This document shows positions 28,201 to 38,028 of a DNA stretch of 52,418 nucleotides, one piece after another. The stretch covers positions 1-52,418 of the forward strand of contig URPI01000001.1 in NCBI GenBank assembly GCA_900549705.1. Direction: 5' to 3'. How positions within the stretch are numbered: position 1 is the stretch's first letter; the number at the start of each line of letters is the position of its first letter. Source of the DNA: an uncultured Eubacteriales bacterium. GTDB lineage: Bacteria > Bacillota > Clostridia > Oscillospirales > Oscillospiraceae. The position numbers were made by a program, and so were the translations under genes. A model generated the notes under the pieces. That model saw only the letters and a list, made by a program, of their open reading frames with translations, was not told the DNA's origin and searched no databases.

Positions 28201-29496
28201 ATGCTTCCTGAAAAATTTCTTGCCCGGATGCAGCAGCAGCTGGGAGACGAATATGACGAGTACCTGCGCTCCCTCCAGCGTCCCCGTGCCGTTGCACTGC
28301 GGTTTAACCCCCTGAAGGGTGCCATCCCGGCACTTCCCTTTGTGGGAGAGCCGGTGCCCTGGGAACCCATGGGCTATTACTATGACCCGGACAGCCGCCC
28401 CGGCCTGCACCCCTATCACGAAGCCGGTGTCTACTATTTGCAGGAAGCCAGCGCCATGGCTTCCGCCGCCTTGCTGGAGCCTCAGCCGGGGGAAATCATC
28501 CTGGATTTGTGCGCCGCCCCCGGCGGAAAATCCACCCAGATTGCAGGGCGGATGCAGGGAAAGGGACTGCTGGTGAGCAATGAAATCAATCAAAAGCGGG
28601 CAAAGGTGCTCTCCCGCAACATCGAGCGGCTGGGCATCGGCAACGCCGTGGTGACGGGCGAAGCCCCCGCTGCCCTGGCAGACCGATTCCCCGGCTTCTT
28701 CCACCGCATTATGGTGGATGCCCCCTGCTCCGGCGAAGGAATGTTCCGCAAGGAGGAGGCTGCCATCACCGATTGGAGCGAAGAAAACGTGGAGATGTGC
28801 GCCCGCCGTCAGGCAGAGATTCTGGACTGCGCCGCTGCCATGCTCCGCCCCGGCGGACGGCTGGTCTATTCCACCTGCACCTTTGCCCCCCAGGAGGACG
28901 AGGAGGCGGTGGAGGCATTTCTCGCCCGCCACCCGGAATTTGAAGCGGAACCGGTGAACGCCCCCTGGTTCCAGGAGAGCCGCCCGGGAATGTACCGGCT
29001 GTGGCCTCATAAGCTGCTGGGCGAGGGACATTTCGCCGCCGTGCTGCGTAAGATGGACTGTGAGGAAACCGCCCCGGCATGGGAATCAGAAAAGCCCCAG
29101 CGTCTGCCCGACGCTTTCCTGCGCTTTGCCAAGGAGCTGGACATTCAGCTTCCCCAGGGGCAGGCCGTTGCCTTCGGCGATACCCTGTACTGGATGCCCC
29201 GGCAGATGCCTCCGCTGCAAAAACTGCGGGTGCTGCGTCCCGGTCTGGAACTGGGAACGCTGAAAAAAGACCGGTTTGAGCCGTCTCACGCCCTGGCACT
29301 GTGGCTGAAGCACTGCAAGAACGAAATTTCCCTTAGCCCGGAATCCAAGGAACTGGCAGCTTACCTCCACGGCGAGGCCATCCCCTGCGCAGAGCGGGGA
29401 TGGTGTCTTGTAAAGGCGGGGGCGTACTCCCTGGGCTGGGGCAAAGGAGATGGAAATCAGCTGAAAAACCACTACCCCAAAGGACTGCGGAAATAA
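28201..29496 (+). CDS. RsmF/NOL1-NOP2-Sun family RNA m5C methyltransferase
   Basis: YYLQEASAM, DLCAAPGGKST, VDAPCSGEG, YSTCT; C-terminal KNHYPKGLR. Confidence 0.92.
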   Translation: MLPEKFLARMQQQLGDEYDEYLRSLQRPRAVALRFNPLKGAIPALPFVGEPVPWEPMGYYYDPDSRPGLHPYHEAGVYYLQEASAMASAALLEPQPGEIILDLCAAPGGKSTQIAGRMQGKGLLVSNEINQKRAKVLSRNIERLGIGNAVVTGEAPAALADRFPGFFHRIMVDAPCSGEGMFRKEEAAITDWSEENVEMCARRQAEILDCAAAMLRPGGRLVYSTCTFAPQEDEEAVEAFLARHPEFEAEPVNAPWFQESRPGMYRLWPHKLLGEGHFAAVLRKMDCEETAPAWESEKPQRLPDAFLRFAKELDIQLPQGQAVAFGDTLYWMPRQMPPLQKLRVLRPGLELGTLKKDRFEPSHALALWLKHCKNEISLSPESKELAAYLHGEAIPCAERGWCLVKAGAYSLGWGKGDGNQLKNHYPKGLRK

Positions 29497-29580
29497 ATTC
29501 TTTACATAATTCGGAATCTATGCTAATATAGAAGAACAAATCCGCATTTTATTGAAATTATCGCAGGGAGAGGATTATCC

Positions 29581-30846
29581 TTGGCCATATATGAAATTAA
29601 CGGCGGCAAGCCCCTCAGCGGCTCCGTCACCATCAGCGGCGCAAAAAACGCAGCGGTCGCTATCCTGCCGGCTGCGCTGCTGGTCAGCGGCAAATGCCGC
29701 ATTGAAAATGTACCCGACATTTCCGATGTACGCATTCTGCTGGACATCCTGGAGGGCATGGGCGCAGATATCCACTGCCCGGAATCCCATGTGGTAGAAA
29801 TCGATTGCACCGCCGTCCACTGCACCGAGCCTGACCACAATCTGGTGCAGGAAATGCGCGCCAGCTATTATCTGATGGGTGCGCTGCTGGGGCGCTTCGG
29901 CCATGCCCATGTGGCGCTGCCCGGCGGCTGCAATTTTGCATCCCGCCCCATCGACCAGCACATCAAGGGCTTTCTGGCTCTGGGTGCAGAGGTGGAAGAA
30001 ACCGAAGACTATGTTGCCTTACGGTCAGGCAGCGATGGCTTACAGGGCAGCCGCCTGAGCCTGGACTTGGCCTCCGTGGGTGCGACGGTAAACATCATGC
30101 TGGCAGCAACCCTGCTGCCCGGCCAGACCGTCATTGAAAACGCCGCCAAGGAGCCGCACATCGTAGACCTTGCCAACTTTCTTAACACCATGGGTGCCCG
30201 GATTTCCGGTGCGGGCACAGACACGGTGAAAATCCGCGGAGTCAATTCTCTGCGGGGCGGCACCTACACCATCATCCCCGACCAGATTGAGGCAGGTACT
30301 TATTTGGCAGCTGTGGCTGCCACCGGCGGCAATGTGCTGGTGCAGAATGTCATTCCCAAGCATCTGGATTGCATCACCGGCAAGCTGCAAGACATGGGCG
30401 TGAAGATTATTCCCTTTGATGATGCCGTGCGAGTCATCAGTGACCGCCGTCTCCGCCCTGCTACCGCCAAAACGCGCCCCTATCCCGGCTTCCCCACGGA
30501 TATGCAGGCTCAGGTGTGCGTGTGCATGGCACTGGCACACGGCATCAGCCGCCTGACGGAATCCGTTTATGAGACCCGCTTCTTCGGCTACTGCTCCGAG
30601 CTGGAGAGCATGGGCGCAAAAATTTCCATTGAGGGCAGAACCGCCATTGTGACGGGTGTTGACCACTTGAAGGGGGCAACGGTTGCCGCCCATGACCTGC
30701 GGGCGGGCGCGGCGCTGGTGATTGCCGGTCTGGCCGCCAAGGGCACCACCAAAGTGCAGAACATTCACTTTGTGGAGCGGGGCTACGAGGATTTGATTGG
30801 AAAGCTCACCGCCCTGGGAGCGGACATCAAGCGCATTGAAGAATAA
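29581..30846 (+). CDS. murA: UDP-N-acetylglucosamine 1-carboxyvinyltransferase
   Basis: ISGAKNA, RASYYLMG, LPGGCNFASRP, YPGFPTDMQ, DLRAGAAL; TTG start. Confidence 0.95.
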   Translation: MAIYEINGGKPLSGSVTISGAKNAAVAILPAALLVSGKCRIENVPDISDVRILLDILEGMGADIHCPESHVVEIDCTAVHCTEPDHNLVQEMRASYYLMGALLGRFGHAHVALPGGCNFASRPIDQHIKGFLALGAEVEETEDYVALRSGSDGLQGSRLSLDLASVGATVNIMLAATLLPGQTVIENAAKEPHIVDLANFLNTMGARISGAGTDTVKIRGVNSLRGGTYTIIPDQIEAGTYLAAVAATGGNVLVQNVIPKHLDCITGKLQDMGVKIIPFDDAVRVISDRRLRPATAKTRPYPGFPTDMQAQVCVCMALAHGISRLTESVYETRFFGYCSELESMGAKISIEGRTAIVTGVDHLKGATVAAHDLRAGAALVIAGLAAKGTTKVQNIHFVERGYEDLIGKLTALGADIKRIEE

Positions 30847-30848
30847 CA

Positions 30849-30880
30849 AAAGGGAGCCGCAGGAACGCGGCTCCTTTTCG
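30849..30880 (+). terminator. Intrinsic terminator after murA
   Basis: aagggagccgc...gcggctcctttt. Confidence 0.75.
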
Positions 30881-30956
30881 TATTTGACAGCATTTTTATG
30901 GTGTGGTACACTGGGAAATAAATTACCCCAGCGTCCCACGAAAAGGAGGAACTGCC

Positions 30957-31868
30957 ATGTCTGCCATTGAACAGCAAATTGAGGGAATTGTGGATAACAT
31001 TTTGGAGGACTACCGCCACGGGCGGGACATTGATAAACTAAACCCCTTTGTCCACCCGGACAAGGAGACGGTCACGGACATTATCCGCAAGCTGCTGCGC
31101 ATCTGCTACCCCGGTTCTTCCCGGGATAAGAGCTACCGGATGTACAATTCCCGCTACAACCTGTCCATGCTCATTGAGGACGTGATGTACAACCTCAACA
31201 AGCAGATTGCCATTGTGTTGGGGCTTCAAATGGAGGAAGCCGAGGCCGAGGAACGAGCACAGCTGCTGAGTCTGGAATTTTTCCGCCAGCTTCCCGCCGT
31301 CCGGGCAATGTGCCAGACGGATGTGGAGGCCTTTTACGATGGCGATCCCGCTGCCTACAGCACCGACGAAATCATCTTCTGCTACCCCGGTCTGTTTGCC
31401 ATCACAGTTTACCGCATGGCTCATGTGCTGTACACCCTGGGAGTTCCCATGCTGCCCCGGATGATGACGGAGCACGCCCACGGCGTGACCGGCATCGACA
31501 TCAACCCCGGTGCCACCATCGGAAAATACTTTTTCATTGACCACGGCACCGGCATCGTGGTGGGCGAAACCACGGTGATTGGCGACCATGTGAAAATCTA
31601 CCAGGGCGTAACCCTGGGCGCTTTGACCACCCGGGGCGGCCAGAGCCTGCGGGGCAAGAAGCGTCACCCCACCATTGAGGACAACGTCACCATTTACGCC
31701 GGTGCATCCATCCTGGGCGGCGAGACGGTGATTGGCAAAGACTGCGTGATTGGCTCCAACGTGTTCATCACCCACTCCATCCCCGCCAATACCACCGTCA
31801 GTGTCAAAAGCCAGGAGCTTCAGTTCAAGTCCCGCAAAACGGAACCCTTCTGGGAAAATCAGAGGTGA
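30957..31868 (+). CDS. cysE: Serine O-acetyltransferase
   Basis: GDPAA, TGIDINPGATIG, IDHGTGIVVGET, KRHPT; hexapeptide repeats; RBS AAGGAGG. Confidence 0.9.
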   Translation: MSAIEQQIEGIVDNILEDYRHGRDIDKLNPFVHPDKETVTDIIRKLLRICYPGSSRDKSYRMYNSRYNLSMLIEDVMYNLNKQIAIVLGLQMEEAEAEERAQLLSLEFFRQLPAVRAMCQTDVEAFYDGDPAAYSTDEIIFCYPGLFAITVYRMAHVLYTLGVPMLPRMMTEHAHGVTGIDINPGATIGKYFFIDHGTGIVVGETTVIGDHVKIYQGVTLGALTTRGGQSLRGKKRHPTIEDNVTIYAGASILGGETVIGKDCVIGSNVFITHSIPANTTVSVKSQELQFKSRKTEPFWENQR

Positions 31869-31916
31869 GCATCCGTTCCGCCAGTCAATGACGCTAGCGA
31901 ATATAAAGGAAGAATA

Positions 31917-32531
31917 CTACAAACCAATATTGATTATCGCATCAGATTGTTCAGCGAATTCCTTACTATGTGTGACAACTATTACACATTTATTTCCGCT
32001 ATGAGCAATTTTCTTCAACACATCAATGACATCCAATGCTGTGGCCTCGTCCAGATTGCCTGTTGGTTCATCTGCCAGCAGCACCTTGGCATCGCTGGCC
32101 AGGGCGCGGGCGATGGCTACCCGTTGCTGCTGACCACCGGAAAGCTGCAGGACGCTGCGGTTCCAGTATTCCTCTCCAATTCCCATGCTGCTGAGCAGCG
32201 ATTTGGGATCGCCCTTGCCGCCCAGCTTTACATTTTCCAACGGAGTAAGATAGTCAATCAGGTTGTAGCTCTGGAATACCAGAGAAATGTGGTGACGGCG
32301 GTGCTCTGCCAGGTCTTTCGTGGTGATGGGCTTTCCGTCATAACAAATTTCTCCCTGAATGGGTACATCAAGACCAGCCAAAAGGGAAAGCAAAGTTGTT
32401 TTTCCGGAACCGCTGGGGCCTAAGATGGCGTACAGCTTGCCGCATTCAAAGCCATAGCTTACATGATCCAGAATCAGCTTGTCGCGCTGCGATTTATAAT
32501 AATAGGACACATTCTTTACTTCTAAAATCAT
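31917..32531 (-). CDS. ABC transporter ATP-binding protein (Vex2-like)
   Basis: GPSGSGKTT, LSGGQQQRVAIARAL, LLADEPTGNLD. Confidence 0.92.
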   Translation of the reverse strand: MILEVKNVSYYYKSQRDKLILDHVSYGFECGKLYAILGPSGSGKTTLLSLLAGLDVPIQGEICYDGKPITTKDLAEHRRHHISLVFQSYNLIDYLTPLENVKLGGKGDPKSLLSSMGIGEEYWNRSVLQLSGGQQQRVAIARALASDAKVLLADEPTGNLDEATALDVIDVLKKIAHSGNKCVIVVTHSKEFAEQSDAIINIGL

Positions 32532-32541
32532 GCGATCCTCC

Positions 32542-33990
32542 TTAACTTAGTTCACTCAGGATTTCCCGCGGCTTCTTTCGCAGGACAGGGATTCCGGCAA
32601 TACCAATGGAAACTACAATCAGAACAATTACGCCTGCGCCGCTGAGCAGCCACATATCTTCCGTGATTTTCACATCTACACCCATGACCGTCTGTTCCGC
32701 CTGTTGAGAGGCAAACATGACCTTGCCTGCGTCCCGATCCCTTTGGATTTCCGCTTGCTCCACTTGGGCGGCAATCAGATAATCTGCCACTGCTTCCGAA
32801 GCTGCTGGGGCAAGGGCAACGGTGACGCCAAAGGACAACAGCGTGATGAGCAGGGCTTCCATGAGGAATTGACCGATGACACTGACTTTCCGAAAACCAA
32901 GAGAGAGCAGAATGCCGATTTCCTGATTTCTGTTTTTCGTCCAGAATAGAAATATCAGGAACAGAATGACAAAGCCAGCGGCAAAGGTTAGTACAATCAA
33001 CACTTTGCTGATTTTCTCAAGATCATGGAAGTTGGATGACATGGTGGCGAGATTTCCGTTTCGGTCAATCAGGTCATATCGCTCCCAGTCAATGTCCGCA
33101 GCTTCCACCGCCGATTTCACAGCATCGTATTCATCTACATCTCCAACGCAAAAATAGGCGTGTTCAAAGCAGGGTTCTCCTTCAGACCCTTCTGCTTTCT
33201 CCGGGAAACGCAAATCCGTGAAAATCACATTTTCGGAGCGGAAGGTATCTCCCCACATCAGCGGCTGCATAGCCTGGCTGACCTGATAGATACCGATAAC
33301 CTCTGCGTCATAAACCGTGGAATTTTCCGGGTCATGGTAGTCATTGAATTTGAGACAGGCACCGACAGACAGGCTGTTTTTTTCAGCCAGTTCCTGTGAA
33401 ATCACACAAACATTGCTGTCATTTTGATCAGGCATTCGACCGTCAATGAGGGAAACATTGCCGGAAAGAACATTAGAATCAAAATACATATTCCGATTTC
33501 CGATTAAAACAACGCCACCCATATCGCTGTACTGGTCTGCATCAGGATCTTCAATTCTGAGAAAGTTTACCGGATTCACCGGGGTAATACAGGTCGTAAT
33601 GTTATAATCCGCAATTCCATTTACAGAGGCCAGTTGTTCAATATCGGCTGTATCCAGGGATTCAAAAGAATTATCTGTATACACAAGAAGCTGTGTGCCG
33701 AAGCCATTTTCCAATATTTCCATATGAACGCCACCATAGCTGCCTTCCATGCTGTCGCCAATTTGCTTCACACATTCATCCAGCCGTTTAGAACGGTTGG
33801 CTTCGTTTGCATCCAAACGCAGTCCTGCCCCTACCGCCTGCCGGGTGGTGTCCTGGGTCTGAACGCTGGCATTTTGACATGCCATACCACACAGAAGTGA
33901 CAGGCTCACCGTCACGATCACAAGCAGAAGTAGACAGCTTTTGACCGGTTTGCGAAACATGCTTCTCCATGCTCTTTGAAAACTGTTCAT
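32542..33990 (-). CDS. ABC transporter permease (FtsX/MacB-like, Vex3-like)
   Basis: N-terminal TM, large extracellular domain, RNQEIGILLSLG, KKPREILS terminus. Confidence 0.85.
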   Translation of the reverse strand: MNSFQRAWRSMFRKPVKSCLLLLVIVTVSLSLLCGMACQNASVQTQDTTRQAVGAGLRLDANEANRSKRLDECVKQIGDSMEGSYGGVHMEILENGFGTQLLVYTDNSFESLDTADIEQLASVNGIADYNITTCITPVNPVNFLRIEDPDADQYSDMGGVVLIGNRNMYFDSNVLSGNVSLIDGRMPDQNDSNVCVISQELAEKNSLSVGACLKFNDYHDPENSTVYDAEVIGIYQVSQAMQPLMWGDTFRSENVIFTDLRFPEKAEGSEGEPCFEHAYFCVGDVDEYDAVKSAVEAADIDWERYDLIDRNGNLATMSSNFHDLEKISKVLIVLTFAAGFVILFLIFLFWTKNRNQEIGILLSLGFRKVSVIGQFLMEALLITLLSFGVTVALAPAASEAVADYLIAAQVEQAEIQRDRDAGKVMFASQQAEQTVMGVDVKITEDMWLLSGAGVIVLIVVSIGIAGIPVLRKKPREILSELS

Positions 33991-33991
33991 G

Positions 33992-35209
33992 TTATCCCTC
34001 CATTCTGGCCAGGGTATCTCTCGGATTTGCCCGGAGTGTGGGAAATACCGACATGCCCACGGCGATCAGTACGATTGCACTTCCCAGAAGAATCAGTGTC
34101 AGCAAATGCGTGGGCTCCAAATGGGCACCTGTCATGCGTGCCAGATCACCTGTTGAAAAAAGGCTGTCCATAAGCCTCCGAGCAAACAATCCGCAGATCA
34201 CAGTCGCTCCCAAAACCGATAGTACAAAAAGGGTCAGGCTTTCCGTCATTGCCTGCAAAAACAGGCTTCCTTTTGATACTCCAAGACTGATGAAAACAGC
34301 CATTTCTTTTGCCCGTGTCCGCATCCACATGCACAGCAGCAGGGAAACCACAATAACCGCTGTAGTTACGATGAGTGCCAGCATGAGGACTGTCACGCGT
34401 GTTACTTGCTTTAAGGGAGCAATCATCTGCTGATACAGGGCATCCGAGGTTGTAATGCTGACGAAATCATCAACCAGCGGCTCCGCCTGTTCCCGCAGCG
34501 CATCCAGACTGTCAGGGACGGAAGTATAAACGGAAACCGAGCAATAGCCGTCCGCGTCAAATAACGTTTCAAACATACGGTGATCGACATAAAGCTGGTT
34601 TTCAATCCGGTATGCTGCTGCCACATTGTCCTCCTGTCTGCGCTCCATACCTGAAAAGAAAATACCGATAATCTCGCCGGAGGCGGTATCTCCGGTTCCT
34701 GTTTCCAGCGTGATTGTATCGCCGATTCCAAGACCATTCGCCTGGGCAAGAATGGAATTGATCAAAATGCCATCCTGGGCATCCGTAATATGAGTTCCTT
34801 CCAGCAGACGGTATTTCTCTTGGGCAAACAGCCCGTCTATTTCTGTATTGTCGCAGGAATGAAGGGTGACAGTCAGATTCAGCGGGTCGGAACCTTCTTT
34901 TTTAATAATCGGGGAAAAATCGGCAGGATATGCTGTGCTGCTTGCCGTGCGGTTGATTTTCGTCACAGCAGGCAGTGACAGCAAATGGGAAACAGTTTCG
35001 GAAGAAATGCTGTTTTGCCCTCGCCGGTCCTCTAAAATGATCTTTGAACCTGTTTTTTCACGGATAGAGCGATTGACACTTTCCGCCGTTTGCAAGATCA
35101 TAGCAGCGCACAGAATCAGCGTGCTAATCACCAGAAAGCAGGAAAATAGAACAATGCTTTTGCTTTTCTTTCGCCGAAGGTAGCAATAGGCACGTTGATA
35201 AAATGCCAT
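33992..35209 (-). CDS. ABC transporter permease (FtsX/MacB-like, Vex1-like)
   Basis: MAFYQRAYCYLRRKKSKS, RAKEMAVFISLG, ANPRDTL terminus. Confidence 0.85.
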   Translation of the reverse strand: MAFYQRAYCYLRRKKSKSIVLFSCFLVISTLILCAAMILQTAESVNRSIREKTGSKIILEDRRGQNSISSETVSHLLSLPAVTKINRTASSTAYPADFSPIIKKEGSDPLNLTVTLHSCDNTEIDGLFAQEKYRLLEGTHITDAQDGILINSILAQANGLGIGDTITLETGTGDTASGEIIGIFFSGMERRQEDNVAAAYRIENQLYVDHRMFETLFDADGYCSVSVYTSVPDSLDALREQAEPLVDDFVSITTSDALYQQMIAPLKQVTRVTVLMLALIVTTAVIVVSLLLCMWMRTRAKEMAVFISLGVSKGSLFLQAMTESLTLFVLSVLGATVICGLFARRLMDSLFSTGDLARMTGAHLEPTHLLTLILLGSAIVLIAVGMSVFPTLRANPRDTLARMEG

Positions 35210-35213
35210 AGAC

Positions 35214-35726
35214 TTACCCCATAAGTCTGTAAAGGAAAACCCGATCTGCGTGAAGCACATTGTCACTGTCATATTCGCCGCAGATGATCAAAGTTGCCTG
35301 CTTCTTCACATCGCCCACGCTGGCAGCTTCGTAACGGATTTCTCCGGTTTGCGGATTGGAATAGGCGTACTGGAAGGTGCAGCCGCTGTCATAGGACACC
35401 GAAACTTGCTCCCAGTTATCTTCATATCCCGGTGCTGGCATTGCTGCCACATCCCCCTCTTCATGGGTCGGGGCTACGGTGCAGCCGTCCTCTGTAAATG
35501 CAGAAACGGTTCCGTTCAGCTTGGAAATCGCAAACAGTTCGTCTCCGCTGGCAGGATTGCCGGGGGGTACTGTCTCAGTGGACGGCGCGTCCGGTATATG
35601 CTCCGTTTCTGCTGGTGTTTGTGATACGATTGCCTTTACATTCTTCTGATGTGACGGTTTTAAGCATCCGGCGATGATGATCACAACAAGGATCGTCAGC
35701 AGAAAAACAATGACTTTTCGATACAT
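35214..35726 (-). CDS. Putative lipoprotein
   Basis: RBS AGGAGG; signal peptide ending in lipobox IIAG-C. Confidence 0.7.
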   Translation of the reverse strand: MYRKVIVFLLTILVVIIIAGCLKPSHQKNVKAIVSQTPAETEHIPDAPSTETVPPGNPASGDELFAISKLNGTVSAFTEDGCTVAPTHEEGDVAAMPAPGYEDNWEQVSVSYDSGCTFQYAYSNPQTGEIRYEAASVGDVKKQATLIICGEYDSDNVLHADRVFLYRLMG

Positions 35727-35774
35727 GGTATAAAACCTCCTTTTTGATTTCGGAGCGATCATACCATGCAGGCT

Positions 35775-35849
35775 CTTGAAAAGTCCTGTAAGAATTCAGG
35801 GTATCCTTGCGCATTCTTAAAAGTTTTTTAGAGAATCCTGTGATATAAT
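35775..35849. promoter_or_regulatory. Divergent promoters with putative OmpR-type regulator boxes
   Basis: TTCTTACAGGACTTTTCAAG (minus) and TTCTTAAAAGTTTTTTAGAG (plus) each sit in place of a -35, upstream of TATGAT and TATAAT respectively. Confidence 0.45.
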
Positions 35850-35871
35850 GAAACCGAAAGGAGGGCTTTCC

Positions 35872-36555
35872 ATGAGGCTTTTATTGGTGGAGGACGATCA
35901 GAATCTCTCAGACGCCATTGCAGAGCAGCTGCAAAAGGAAGGTTATATCACCGACTGCTGTTATGATGGGGAAACGGCGCTGCACTACGCTCTGAATCCC
36001 GAATATGGCTATGACATTGTGCTGCTGGACAGGATGTTGCCCATTCTAGATGGACTGACTGTTTTGAAAGCCATGCGGCAAAAGCAGATATTTACGCCTG
36101 TGCTGATTCTCACCGGGCTGGGAGAGCTGGAGGATAAAATTGAAGGGCTGGACTGCGGTGCGGACGATTATCTGGTGAAGCCCTTTCATATCCGGGAGTT
36201 GCTGGCGAGAATCCGGGCTTTGACCCGCCGCCCGGTAGAAATTCAGGAGAGAAAGACTATCACGGCATATGGTTTGGTGCTGGATGCCGAATATCGGCGG
36301 CTAACCTATCAGGGAAAGTCTGTAATCCTAACCCAGAAGGAAACAAATCTCATTACTGTATTTCTGGAGCAGCCGGATATGGTACAGAGCCGAAGCCAGC
36401 TTCTTTGGAAGGTCTGGGGAGGCAATACGGAAGTGGAGGACGGAAATGTGGACAACTACATCCACTTCCTGAGAAAGCGCCTCCGGGAGCTTGGCTGTAA
36501 GGTCAGCATCAAGACCGTCTATGGTGCCGGGTATCGTTTGGAGGAAACACCATGA
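35872..36555 (+). CDS. OmpR-family response regulator
   Basis: LLLVEDD, LLDRMLP, GADDYLVKPF, IKTVYGAGY. Confidence 0.93.
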   Translation: MRLLLVEDDQNLSDAIAEQLQKEGYITDCCYDGETALHYALNPEYGYDIVLLDRMLPILDGLTVLKAMRQKQIFTPVLILTGLGELEDKIEGLDCGADDYLVKPFHIRELLARIRALTRRPVEIQERKTITAYGLVLDAEYRRLTYQGKSVILTQKETNLITVFLEQPDMVQSRSQLLWKVWGGNTEVEDGNVDNYIHFLRKRLRELGCKVSIKTVYGAGYRLEETP

Positions 36556-37802
36556 TTGAAAAGTTGAGGAAAAAGCTGATGGTACTGTTTCTCACCTGTA
36601 CCATGCTGATCTTCACCGCTGCTATGTTGGTCATGGCTGGCAATGCAGTGTCTCAGATTCGCAGTGCGGAAATTCAGTACGGAAATAACCTGGCGGACAG
36701 TATTCTTGAACAATTCAGCAGCAGGACTTTGGATTTTTCTGTTTACACCAAATCTAATGCCATGGTGCGCCTGTTTGACGGCACCACGACACAATCCAGC
36801 CCGGAGTGTTTTCCTACACCATTGGAAGTTCTGATTGAACGGACGCAGGAATCTGATACTGTTCTTTCCATGCAAGAGGAAGCTGCTGAGAACGGCGCCT
36901 ATGGCAAAAGCCGCACAGTCTATGCTATTTCCGGGAATCAGAAGGATGGGTATTACGCAATCCATAGTACCGTTCACAACGGCAAGACAATGGTGCTTGA
37001 CCTGATATTGTTTTATCCCAGGGCTTCTCTTTTAGAGACACTGAAAAACGGCTGCAGTTTGTATCCTGTTGTTTGGCTGGGTGTATTGGTGCTCATGTAT
37101 TTTCTCAGCCGCTTTTTGATTGGAAAGGCAGTAGAACCGGTGGAAGACACCATGAAAAGTCAGAAGGAATTCATTGCATCGGCGTCCCATGAACTGAAAG
37201 CACCATTGGCTGTGATTCAGGCTAATGCGGAAACCATGGAATCCAGCCAGAAACAGAAAATCATTCTGGATGAGTGCAGCCGGATGAGTAAGCTAGTTCA
37301 ATCCATGCTTGCTCTGGCTTCCAGTGACGCGGGAAACTGGAAAATGGATATACGGGAGACTGATGTGGATACTCTGCTGATCGAAACTTGGGAGAAGTTT
37401 TCTGAAAGCGCAAGAAGGAAGAATATCCGCTTGAACCTGGACATCGAAGATCATTACCCTAAGATTCACTGCGATAAAGAGCGAATCAGCCAGGTTTTGG
37501 GAATTCTGCTGGATAACGCCATTACCTATTCCAGCCCCGGACAGGCCATTGAAATGGGAGCCAAGGTGCTGCCCCAAAAGCTCGCTTTTTTCGTCATTGA
37601 CCATGGTCCTGGCATTGCAGACGCTGAGAAGGCAAAAGTGTTTGAGCGGTTCTATTCCGGCGATCCTTCCAGAACGGATAAGGGACATTACGGTTTGGGA
37701 CTGAGTATCGCACAGGAAATTGTAAGGCTGCATCGTGGTGTTGTTTGTTTGAAAGACACCAAGGACGGCGGGTGTACATTTGAAATTGTAATTCCAATTT
37801 AG
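36552..37802 (+). CDS. Sensor histidine kinase
   Basis: Two TMs, ASHELKAPL H-box, LLDNA, DHGPG, GLGLSIA. Confidence 0.93.
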   Translation: MIEKLRKKLMVLFLTCTMLIFTAAMLVMAGNAVSQIRSAEIQYGNNLADSILEQFSSRTLDFSVYTKSNAMVRLFDGTTTQSSPECFPTPLEVLIERTQESDTVLSMQEEAAENGAYGKSRTVYAISGNQKDGYYAIHSTVHNGKTMVLDLILFYPRASLLETLKNGCSLYPVVWLGVLVLMYFLSRFLIGKAVEPVEDTMKSQKEFIASASHELKAPLAVIQANAETMESSQKQKIILDECSRMSKLVQSMLALASSDAGNWKMDIRETDVDTLLIETWEKFSESARRKNIRLNLDIEDHYPKIHCDKERISQVLGILLDNAITYSSPGQAIEMGAKVLPQKLAFFVIDHGPGIADAEKAKVFERFYSGDPSRTDKGHYGLGLSIAQEIVRLHRGVVCLKDTKDGGCTFEIVIPI

Positions 37803-37983
37803 ATTATATTATTTTTCTTGTTGCTTTGAAGATGTTCGTTATAGTCTGATAAAAGCAGAAATGAGCACAGGAACGCCTCCCTGTTACTTTAATTGTTGCA
37901 GTTGGCAGACCGCTCAATTATTGTAGCAGGATTTTTCTTTATCGCCATAGGCCTTTTTGAGCCTCTCGCCTAGCGAGTGGTTC

Positions 37984-38021
37984 AAAAAAGCCCATGACCT
38001 TCTTGCAAGTGGTCATGGGCC
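37984..38021 (-). terminator. Terminator after folT
   Basis: gcccatgacc...ggtcatgggc with a T-tract on the minus strand. Confidence 0.75.
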
Positions 38022-38028
38022 TCTCATT

